The position numbers were made by a program, and so were the translations under genes. Shown in pieces: positions 55,130 through 64,000 of a stretch of DNA of 64,000 nucleotides (position 1 is the first letter of the stretch; each line of letters begins with the position of its first letter). This DNA comes from Macrostomum lignano (taxonomy: Eukaryota), in the NCBI GenBank assembly GCA_002269645.1, contig NIVC01001912.1:158535-222534 (forward strand), read 5' to 3'. Under the pieces are notes generated by a model. That model saw only the letters and a program-made list of their open reading frames with translations, was not told where the DNA came from and ran no database searches.

Positions 55130-56692
55130 ATAGAATATGAGAGATGAGAGAAGAGATAAAGGAGAGAAGACAGGAGAGAGGAGAGAGGGAAGAGAGAGAG
55201 AGAGGAGAAAGAAGAGGGAGAGGGTGAGAGGAATAGAGGGGGAGAGGAGAAATAAGAGGGGAGAGGAGAGAGGGTGAGAGGGGAGAGAGGTGAGAGGGGA
55301 GAGGGTGAGGGGAGAGGGGTGAGAGGAGAGAGAGGGAGAGAGGGTGAGAGGGGAGAGAGGGTGAGAGGGGAGAGAGGGTGAGGGGAGAGAGGTGAGAGGG
55401 GAGAGAGGGTGAGAGGGGAGAGGGTGAGAGGGAGAGAGGTGAGAGGGGAGAGAGGGTGAGAGGGGAGAGAGGGTGAGAGGGGAGAGAGGGTGAGAGGGGG
55501 AGAGGGTGAGAGGGGAGAGAGGTGAGAGGGGAGAGGGTGAGAGGGGAGAGAGGGTGAGAGGGAGAGAGGGTGAGAGGGAGAGAGGGTGAGAGGGGAGAGA
55601 GGTGGAGGAGAGAGGTGAGAGAGAGGGTGAGAGGGGAGAGAGGTGAGAGGGGAGAGAGGGTGAGAGGGAGAGAGGGTGAGAGGGGAGAGAGGGTGAGAGG
55701 GAGAGAGGGTGAGAGGGAGAGAGGGTGAGAGGGAGAGGGTGAGAGGGGAGAGAGGGTGAGAGGGGAGAGAGGGTGAGAGGGGAGAGAGGGTGAGAGGGGA
55801 GAGAGGGTGAGAGGGAGAGAGGGTGAGAGGGAGAGAGGGTGAGAGGGAGAGAGGGTGAGAGAGGGAGAGAGGGTGAGAGGGAGAGAGGGTGAGAGGGAGA
55901 GAGGGTGAGAGGGGAAGAGGGTGAGAGGGGAGAGAGGGTGAGAGGGGAGAGAGGGTGAGAGGGGAGAGAGGTGAGAGGGGAGAGAGGGTGAGAGGGGAGA
56001 GAGGGTGAGGGGAGAGAGGTGAGAGGGGAGAGAGGGTGAGAGGGGAGAGAGGGTGAGAGGGGAGAGAGGGTGAGAGGGGAGAGAGGTGAGAGGGGAGAGA
56101 GGGTGAGAGGGGAGAGAGGGTGAGAGGGGAGAGAGGGTGAGAGGGAGAGAGAGGGTGAGAGGGGAGAGAGGGTGAGAGGAGAGAGGGTGAGAGGGAGAGA
56201 GGGTGAGAGGGAGAGAGGGTGAGAGGGGAGAGAGGGTGAGAGGGGAGAGAGGGTGAGAGGGGAGAGAGGGTGAGAGGGGAGAGAGGGTGAGAGGGGAGAG
56301 AGGGTGAGAGGGGAGAGAGGGTGAGAGGGGAGAGGGGTGAGAGGGAGAGAGGGTGAGAGGGGAGAGAGGGTGAGAGGGGAGAGAGGGTGAGAGGGGAGAG
56401 AGGGTGAGAGGGGAGAGAGGGTGAGAGGGGAGAGAGGGTGAGAGGGGAGAGAGGTGAGAGGGGAGAGAGGGTGAGAGGGAGAGAGGGTGAGAGGGGAGAG
56501 AGGGTGAGAGGGGAGAGAGGGTGAGAGGGGAGAGAGGGTGAGAGGGGAGAGAGGGTGAGAGGGAGAGAGGGTGAGAGGGGAGAGAGGGTGAGAGGGAGAG
56601 AGAGGGTGAGAGGGAGAGAGGGTGAGAGGGAGAGAGGGTGAGAGGGAGAGAGGGTGAGAGGGGAAAGAGTGTGAGAGGGGAGAGAGGGTGAA
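55130..56692. repeat. Polypurine minisatellite (gagagggtgagagg(g)ga, 14-18-bp units), about 1.5 kb
   Basis: Direct reading; the + strand is almost only G/A. Confidence 0.96.
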
Positions 56693-58237
56693 AGAGGCTT
56701 CGCGGGCCAGATATTTTGATTAGACCTGTGAATGCAGTATTTGTCTGTTTTTTACAGTGTAAACAGAGTGGACATTTTTGAATTGTAAATGTTCATAAAT
56801 AAGTTTCATATATAAAATATCATGGACAGCTGAAGCCGAAGGACGGTACTCGCCATGAGGTCGATTGTCTCTGCGAAATGCATAGGCGAGATGGGGAAGT
56901 TTTCAGCATTTTAAACTTCCCAAAGAGGTTCCACAAAACTTCTGTTGTTCGTAAATTTCTTTCATAACGAATTTTTCACACTTGCAAAACAAGCAGGAGC
57001 AAAGCATACAATATTTACTCATTGTGAAGTCCAGAAAGTGATATTTTGGGAACTCAGTTAAGAAATACACTCGTATCCCATCTCGTTGATGCCATTTCCA
57101 GCGTCTATCTACTTTAGCTGTCCATGAATACTAAATAGAAGTCAGATTGGAAACGTTATTAACCAGGCGAGTAATTCATTTTTCGACCGGATATACAATC
57201 CAATGGCCATGGCTTGTGTAGGTCAATTACAGGATGCGCACTGCCAGTTGATGAGAGCATTAAGGCCTGAGACGTGCCTGCCCTTACGGCGGGTAGCATA
57301 GAGTAATTCCACTCTACGATGAGGGAGCGCCCAGCCTGCATACCAAATCGCATGAGCGGTCATGCGTCAGATTCCTTGCCCTCTAGCAGTGAGCTCTTTT
57401 TCTAAAATCCTATTTTCCCTCAGCTTTTGCACTCTGCTGCCCGAGAAAATGTAATAAGCAGGCAGGCGGGCACGGCTCCGGCAGGCAGTGATGCAGCCTC
57501 GAGGCGGAGAGGCCGGCGGGAATGATGATGCCCTGGGAAGTCAGCCCATACTCGACCTGAATTGATGCAGAGATGAGAAAGAAAGCAGAGAAAGAAGTAC
57601 TTTTCTTTGTTGTCTCTGCCTGACTGCGCCTGTGATTTGTTGCCAACAAAAATTCTTAGCCTGAGAATTGAATGCATTTTGTCCCAGGTGGCTTGTCACA
57701 ATAGTCGCTATACACTGCAGCCTGTCACTTCGAATTCAGAGCGGCAAAGGGCATGCGCAAACACATTATTTTTAATTATTATTATTATTATTTCATTATT
57801 ATTGTGTATTATTTTTCCCGAATTTTCTACTAATCGGCATTCTGCAGGCGTCACTGCTTGTTGCATGAGGTCGGTTTTTCACAGTAAAGCAACGAAGACA
57901 AGGTTTCGGGTATTTATAGACCTAGGGCCATGCATTGCGCAAGTAAGAAGCCCAACAACAGTAGACTGAAGTATGCGGATTCTCCTGATACTCAAAGCTT
58001 CAATGGATCCGAATTAAATTGCCTGACGATTAGAAAGTCACAAGGGCTGCTGTACACCCTGTGTGAGCGTGTGTATGAGTGCTGTGCCTGCGCGCTTGTA
58101 TGCGATCAGGAGTCAGCGGATTGGGCAGAATTGCCTCAATGCTGGTTGTGCGCCAGGGTGCTCCAGCCGCTTCTATGAATATTTATTTATATTAATAATC
58201 GTTATCCAATATTGGTTCATTTAACCTCAGTTGCCAG

Positions 58238-58639
58238 CACAGAATACCACAGAATGCTCATTCAGCCACCCTGAAGAAAAAATCTCAATGCGAAATTATT
58301 TTCGCTTTGTGCTACTCTTCGTGTGAAGCTTTTCATTTATGAACCTTTTATTGTTCTTTAAGTTAAATTGTTTACAGTTTTTTGCTAATACGGTATGGAA
58401 TTCAATACTGGTTGAGTGATTGTTATTCACCATAAGATCTTGCCAACTAAGTTTTATAACAATCGCATAATTTCAATTCCATCGACTGCTCTAGGAGCTC
58501 GCACAAGCAGTAAACTGCTACTTTAATGTTATCAATTAGTTACAACTACTTATAAATCTTCACAGGAAGAGTAGCATCTATGGTGTTTTAATTCGAGACG
58601 CATTCTACTAATCGATTGAGCATTCTGTGGTATTCTGTG
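58238..58639. mobile_element. MITE-like element, 402 bp, 23-bp perfect TIRs, 8-bp TSD (7/8 match)
   Basis: cacagaataccacagaatgctca (58238-58260) is the exact reverse complement of 58617-58639; flanks gttgccag / attgccag; AT-rich non-coding interior. Confidence 0.8.
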
Positions 58640-59330
58640 ATTGCCAGTGCTTCTTCTGCCTTCTGCATCTCACTCTGAGTGATCAAAACGTTTAACCATA
58701 TATAGGTTTGCCATTTACCATTAGTGCTGAAAGTTAAGCAGATTTAGCCGCGGTTAGAACATAGCTGAATAGACATGACAGTTCCCCTTTCCGTCAAACT
58801 GTCAAAAGCAAGCCGCTCTATGCTTACCACAGAAGAGACCGGATGCCAGAAAACGGATTAAAATTGTAATCCTGTAAATAAAGTCTACAGTTTTTAGAAA
58901 ATATACAGTATATAAACTGAAATCAACCATTTGAAAATCTTCCAATTCCTTGATCCTTAATCCGCCACGCCTCTTATATGTCTCGTATTCTTCAAGCTAA
59001 ATACGGCTACTAAACTCCTATTGCCGCACTCCATGCCTATGCATTAGTAATAATGTGGCAGTAAAAAAATATTCTTCCTATGCGAAGCGTCTCTCAAGCC
59101 CACTCCTCCGCTTCAAGCATGCTTGAAGGGATTGAAAAAGGGAAGGAAAAAGAAAATTTTAAAAGCCAACCAAACTGCACAGTCCGCACTTTTCTCGACG
59201 AGAAGGATAGGGGGGGGGTCAAAGCTTGAAACTGTAACTCCATCTGCAGCCAATTTCACAGCAGCAGCTGTCGCAAATGCATATAACTTCACTGCAAGCC
59301 TCAAAAGCAAGCGAACCGGCCAGTTCCGTA

Positions 59331-59959
59331 ATGGACGAAGAAGCGCATCAGCTGGAACCGGTCGAGCCGGCTGGAAGTGGCAGCCAGCGGCAGCAGAAAC
59401 TGCCGCAGCATCACTACCGCCCGCCGCCCATCAAGCAGCTGGCGCGGCAGTCGCGCTTCAGCGAACGCGAGCTCCGGCTGCTGTACCGCGGCTTCAAGCA
59501 TCACTGCCCAGCGGCCTGGCAACCGAGGAGCACATCTGCAGCATCTTCGGCTTGCTGTTTCCGTTTGGCAATCCGGCACCATTCGCTCGCATCGTCTTCA
59601 ACTGGCTGGACGTTGACCGTCGAGGCGAGCTGCCGTTTCACCGCTACGTGGCCTGGCTGTCTCAGCTGGCCCGCGGAGGCCTGCAGGAGCGGCTCGGCTG
59701 GATCTTCCGCCTCTACGACGTCGGGCAGGACGGCGACCTCACTAGCGAGGAGGTTCGCCAGTTCCTGCTGTCAGTCTACGAACTGCAAGGCGTTGGTTGC
59801 TCAAGGCGCGCAAAAGCGCCTCAGGAGCACGCGGCCGAGGTTTTCCGGCGGATGGACGCTGGCGGCAAAGGTCGAGTGGATTTTGAAGACTTTCAACGCT
59901 ATTGTACAGAGTCGGATGCCATCGTGGAAGGTCTGGAGGTGTTTGATACCTGCCTGTGA
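59331..59959 (+). CDS. KCNIP: Intronless KChIP/calsenilin-type neuronal calcium sensor (1-nt deletion frameshift at about 59507-59509), about 209 aa when corrected
   Basis: RPPPIKQLARQSRFSERELRLLYRGFKHHCP[S]GL...IFGLLFPFGN...VFNWLD...ERLGWIFRLYDVGQDG...VFRRMD...GLEVFDTCL aligns with KChIP1 (LYRGFKNECPSG, EKLRWTFNLYDINKDG). Symbol is family-level only. Confidence 0.88.
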
Positions 59960-60827
59960 CACGGTGCTGCAGGTAAAATAGGAAGCTCAACAATGGACAA
60001 ACGGGCTTTAATCTTTAAAAGGAAAAACATTCTTTCATTTCTACTCGTTAGTAACCGATTGCTTCAACGATAAAATTTCCCTTCGTTTCTATTGTACGAT
60101 TTTTACATTAAGGAACTTTAGAAATCGGAAATAAACACTGATTAAGCGCAATAAGGTCAAATCGTATTCGACAAATTTATAGAATATTTCCAAATTTCAA
60201 CCTGCAAGAATTTCCAAAAACCATATAAGCTGTTGCTTGCTTAGATCATTGTCTGCTATTTCCTTAGAAGGCTTGTCTCTTCTCAGCTCTCCTCTCTCCC
60301 CTCTTCTCTTTCCTCTCTTCTGCATCTTCTATTCCCTCTCCTTTCCACTCTCATCTGGCCCGCAGCCACGCGCTGGATACTACATGCGCTGAGGTAAAAA
60401 ACTTGGTCTAGAAAATGAAGCTCATCTCCTGTTTAAGAGTATTTTTAGAACTTTAATAGTGCTCTTTGTGATAAATTTGAACAGAAAATCGCGGATAAAG
60501 TTTAGCTTTGAATTTTAAAAACCTTACTGCAGAAGATAAAATATTTTACCAACTGACTCACAAGAAGACAGAGACATATTGAAAATTCTGTTCAAAATTC
60601 ATCAAAAGCAAGCCAGAATGCAAATTTTATATTGAATTCATAAATAAATCGGATACTCTGTCTGCTCACGAGACCTCCACTCGCGTTATGGCGAAAAAAT
60701 TTATTCATTTATTTTTTCTTTCGTTGCATTGGTTTGAAATTAATCAATAATAATAACAATAATAAAAGCACAAAGCGACATCAGAAAGCATGTTCAATAA
60801 CAGTGAAGTACCGCATTGGTGTGGCTG

Positions 60828-61300
60828 TCACACTGCACTTTTAGCCTCCAGCCGCAGGCCGACAGTCAGCCAGCCGGTCGGGCTGACATAAACGCAGTCA
60901 TCGCCGCTGAGGCGTTGGCTGTCCATCAGCACAACGCCCTGACTGAGCACCGACAGGTCCTCCGGGGTGGCGGGTTGCGGCGCCAGCTGCAGCCGGGTCA
61001 GCGGCTCCCGGGCCAGCACCAGGTCGGGGACGTCGGCTCGCTGACCGAAGACGGTCCAGGTGGCGAACAGGCGGCATTTCTGCGGAGCCGAGCAGCCGGG
61101 CCTCCGGTGCAGGTAGGCGACAAGAACGGAGTCGTCTGCAGAGTCTGCAAGGCGCGGCCTGTCGGAGCACCGCTGGCGAAGCCGTCGGATTCGAATGGAC
61201 AGCGACAGGTCGGCCAGCTGGAACACCTCGAGTGCAGGTCGAGCGGCTGATCGGGCAACAGCAGCTGGTGCAGTGGCAGGTGCAGCTGGACCTCCGACAT
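60828..61300 (-). CDS. Probable stand-alone MATH/TRAF-like domain protein, about 157 aa when one missing G is restored at about 61229
   Basis: gccATG context with an acceptor-like ccaactgcag 28 nt upstream; GC3-rich codons switch frame at CAC TCG [G]AG GTG; the pattern of eight alternating-hydrophobic strands ending YVSPTGWLTVGLRLE resembles MATH. Coding status is better supported than the domain call. Confidence 0.55.
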
Positions 61301-62509
61301 GGCAGCAGCGACTTGTGACGTCAGCAAGCTGCAGTTGGAACAACAGTTTGAAAAATGACAGTCGGGACGAACCATGCTTTGAATTTTCAAGTGAATTTCA
61401 GCGAGTTGCAAGCTTGTACACGACATGTATATAATACAGTGCACCAATCTGTTAATAATCTTTTTTGCGCAGCCTTTCAAGTAGCCTTGGCCCACACGGC
61501 AAGGCAGCGGCGATCCTGTGGGAATTCCACGGAATTAGACGCGTCTATTTTTACTTGTACATGCAGCTAAAGACGGAGAGCCAAAAGTACTTCTTAGCTA
61601 AATGGCATGACATCAACAGGATAGGAGGTTGGATGAGAATCTCGTATTCGAAATGTACCATCCAACCGTACATTGCCATAACGGATGTTAGTGTCAGAAA
61701 ATAATAGATACAGTGCCAGGAATTCACTGGGCCGGCCGCGTTTGAGCACAAATAGCTTGGATAGTCCATGGAAATACGCTGGACAATACGTGGAAATTCC
61801 GTGGAAAAACTGCTGACTGTTTCGGCCGAGCAGAATATCGTATTTAACCAGTAAATAAATTGCAACATACGCAAGCACTCGAAATGCCGAGGGTGTCAGT
61901 CACTTAAAAAGACGAAGTACGTGCGTGCTTTGGATTTCTTGCTGTAACTACACAGGCTACGACCTTCTGATTATCAGGGCATGTACATGTGCACTTTCTG
62001 TGTATTGGGCCGGGGTTGAATTACATGTAGTAAGTTGTAAGCCGAAGTTTTGGCTTTGACTCCCCTGCAAGTTTCTAAATACCAAAACAGCTTATTAACA
62101 TCCAGTGAACTTACAAAGAAAACAAAAAGTGATTACTCTGCAAATTTACGCTTGTAGTTGGGGGGGGGGAGTAGAGCAGCTTAGTGGTAAACGCTTCGTG
62201 CGAGATCACACCCATAGGGCCCAGTGGACAATACATTAGGGTGGCTCATGTGAATACAAACCTACAGCTGTAAATCGAAAGTCACCCTCTCCTTTCAAAC
62301 TGTCAATTGGAATTAACAATAAAACAAGCGTAGACAATTATGAAGACACTATTTAAACAGAATTTTCAACAGGGACTAAAAAACATACTGAAATTTTTGT
62401 TAAATTTCTCTTTTACTGCTACTATAAGTAGAGCAAGATCGCAGTTAATGTAACGCGTTGAACCAGTATACTGTACCTGTGTTTACAGGGACGTGTATTC
62501 GGCACTTCA

Positions 62510-63330
62510 TCAGAAGTTCTGCAGGGCGCCACGCTGGCGCCGTTTCTCTTCGTGCTGCTGCTGGACTGGGTGCTTTGGACCGCACTCCCCTCGGATGACG
62601 ACGGCTTCCTGCTGCGCCGACGTATCGGTCGCCGCCACGGCGAAAAGCGCCTGAGCGCGCTTGGCTACGCCGACGACCTCGCCCTCCTGTCCTCGTCCGT
62701 GAAGGCTCCAGCGCCAGATCAACAGGCTGGTCGGTCGAGGTGGCATCGAGCGTCAGTCTGGTTGTCAACACGCGCTGAAGATCGAGGTGCTGACTGTGCC
62801 GGCCGACATCACAGTGCCTCACGTGAAGGAAGAACCTCCGGCGGCAGAGGACTTGCCTGGGCGGCCTTCCGTTCGATCCGGGCCGTCCTCAAGTCCGAAG
62901 TGCTGCCCGAACGCCAGAGGGCTCGGCTGTGGCAGCGATGTCGAAACCGTCCTGCTCTACAACGCCGAGACGCGGACGCTGACGGCTACGCTAGAGCGGC
63001 AGCTGGACTCGGCGCACTCAGGCTGCTCCGTGCGGCCTTTTTGAGCTGAAGAAAGCGTCGGGACCGAGGCCCTGTACGATCGGGCCAAGCTGCAGCGCCC
63101 GTCCATCATCCTGCGCCGGCGGCGACTTAACTGGAGGGCCACGCGACCGGGGCCGAGGGCTACTGCCCCAACCTGTTCAGGACGTCCTGCTGCTCACCTT
63201 GAAGGCCGCGTTCTCAGGCGGGTCAGACCCAAACCTGTCGATACGTGGACTGCCTCCTACAGGACGCCGGGGCGCCCGACACTGCCAACGGGGCGGACTT
63301 CGTCCGCTCTCAGGCTCTGCGGCGCGCGCG
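62510..63330 (+). mobile_element. 5'-truncated, frameshifted RTE-clade-like non-LTR retrotransposon (RT C-terminal half and thumb region)
   Basis: VLQGATLAPFLF, GYADD (62666-62677), LAWAAFRSI, VETVLLYNAETRTLT and LRRRRL..GH motifs spread over several frames. Confidence 0.85.
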
Positions 63331-63563
63331 CCATCTGACGAACCCTGCTCTAACTGTCACCTTGCATGTGGGGCTGCGTATTTTGTTGTTTTTGTCGCAA
63401 CTGTCGATTTTTATAATAGGAAGCTCACCGGACAATACAATTTAAACTGTCCAAACGCATTAGAACTTGAAAATTTAGTTTATTTTTGCTGTTCATCTTC
63501 AATGAAATGGCAGGAGTAAGTTTTATTATAATAGATTAAAAGCACACGACAATTAATTAATGG

Positions 63564-63858
63564 CAGGGACGTCGCCATGAATTTTATGGTGCGGGAAAAG
63601 CCAGAATTCTACATGTACATGTATATGACTAAATTACAACATGTACATTATTTCCGAATCAGTGTTGTCATCGATCATTTTTGCGCCGCAGACACTCATT
63701 TTAGTGCCGCAGGCGCAATGTTTTGTCGCCCTGAAGCAAAATTGATTTCCATAACAGGTCAACAAGGTGGGTGGGGGGACAAAGCATTGGCATGTTCCCC
63801 ATAGCTTTTCCCTAGAAGCCATAGTCCCCCTAGACTGTCCCCGGTGGCGACGCCCATG
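63564..63858. mobile_element. hAT-like MITE, 295 bp
   Basis: Left end cagggacgtcgcca versus reverse-complemented right end catgggcgtcgcca (12/14); flanks attaatgg / gtaaatgg (6/8 TSD). Confidence 0.6.
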
Positions 63859-64000
63859 GTAAATGGACTATATAGATGATGACACTTACGGGTCGAAGAA
63901 CTATACATTTTTATAATTTACGACAAGCGCTATTGAAATACACACGCGAGACCAGAGTCAAATTTACTTCATAACCAGCTGAAGTTTAAGCAATATTTCG

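Noticed and set aside
62165-62200. tRNA-like 5' half (cagcttagtggtaaacgct)
   Set aside because: No B box or acceptor-stem complement; not a tRNA gene.
62475-62490. Acceptor-like gtgtttacag in front of the RTE fragment suggesting exonisation
   Set aside because: The RT frame is broken by several frameshifts and no host exon connects to it.

Overview
Eukaryotic invertebrate genomic DNA with GC3-rich coding exons and an exceptionally dense set of unrelated tandem repeats: about 28 arrays covering roughly 23 kb by manual estimate, about 35% of the window. The style resembles a Macrostomum-like flatworm, but that is inference only. Supported genes: (1) a 7-exon, 7-cadherin-repeat protocadherin on + (35876-46065, about 1138 aa) with intact splice phases, whose first five introns carry different tandem arrays; (2) TNFAIP8/TIPE on - (19-nt first exon 54512-54530 plus 52079-52718); (3) an intronless KChIP/KCNIP-family neuronal calcium sensor on + (59331-59959); (4) a probable stand-alone MATH-like ORF on - (60828-61300). 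Genes 2-4 each need one extra C on the + strand to read through. Mobile elements: a tRNA-headed CORE-type SINE just downstream of the TNFAIP8 stop that runs into a 21-bp minisatellite, two MITE-like elements with near-8-bp TSDs, and a decayed RTE-like LINE fragment. No CRISPR, rRNA or intact tRNA genes were seen. Most long ORFs in the supplied track are artefacts of tandem repeats or antisense shadows. I found no clearly new system; the best leads are the repeat-filled protocadherin introns, the SINE-minisatellite composite, the hidden MATH-like ORF and the degenerate KChIP.
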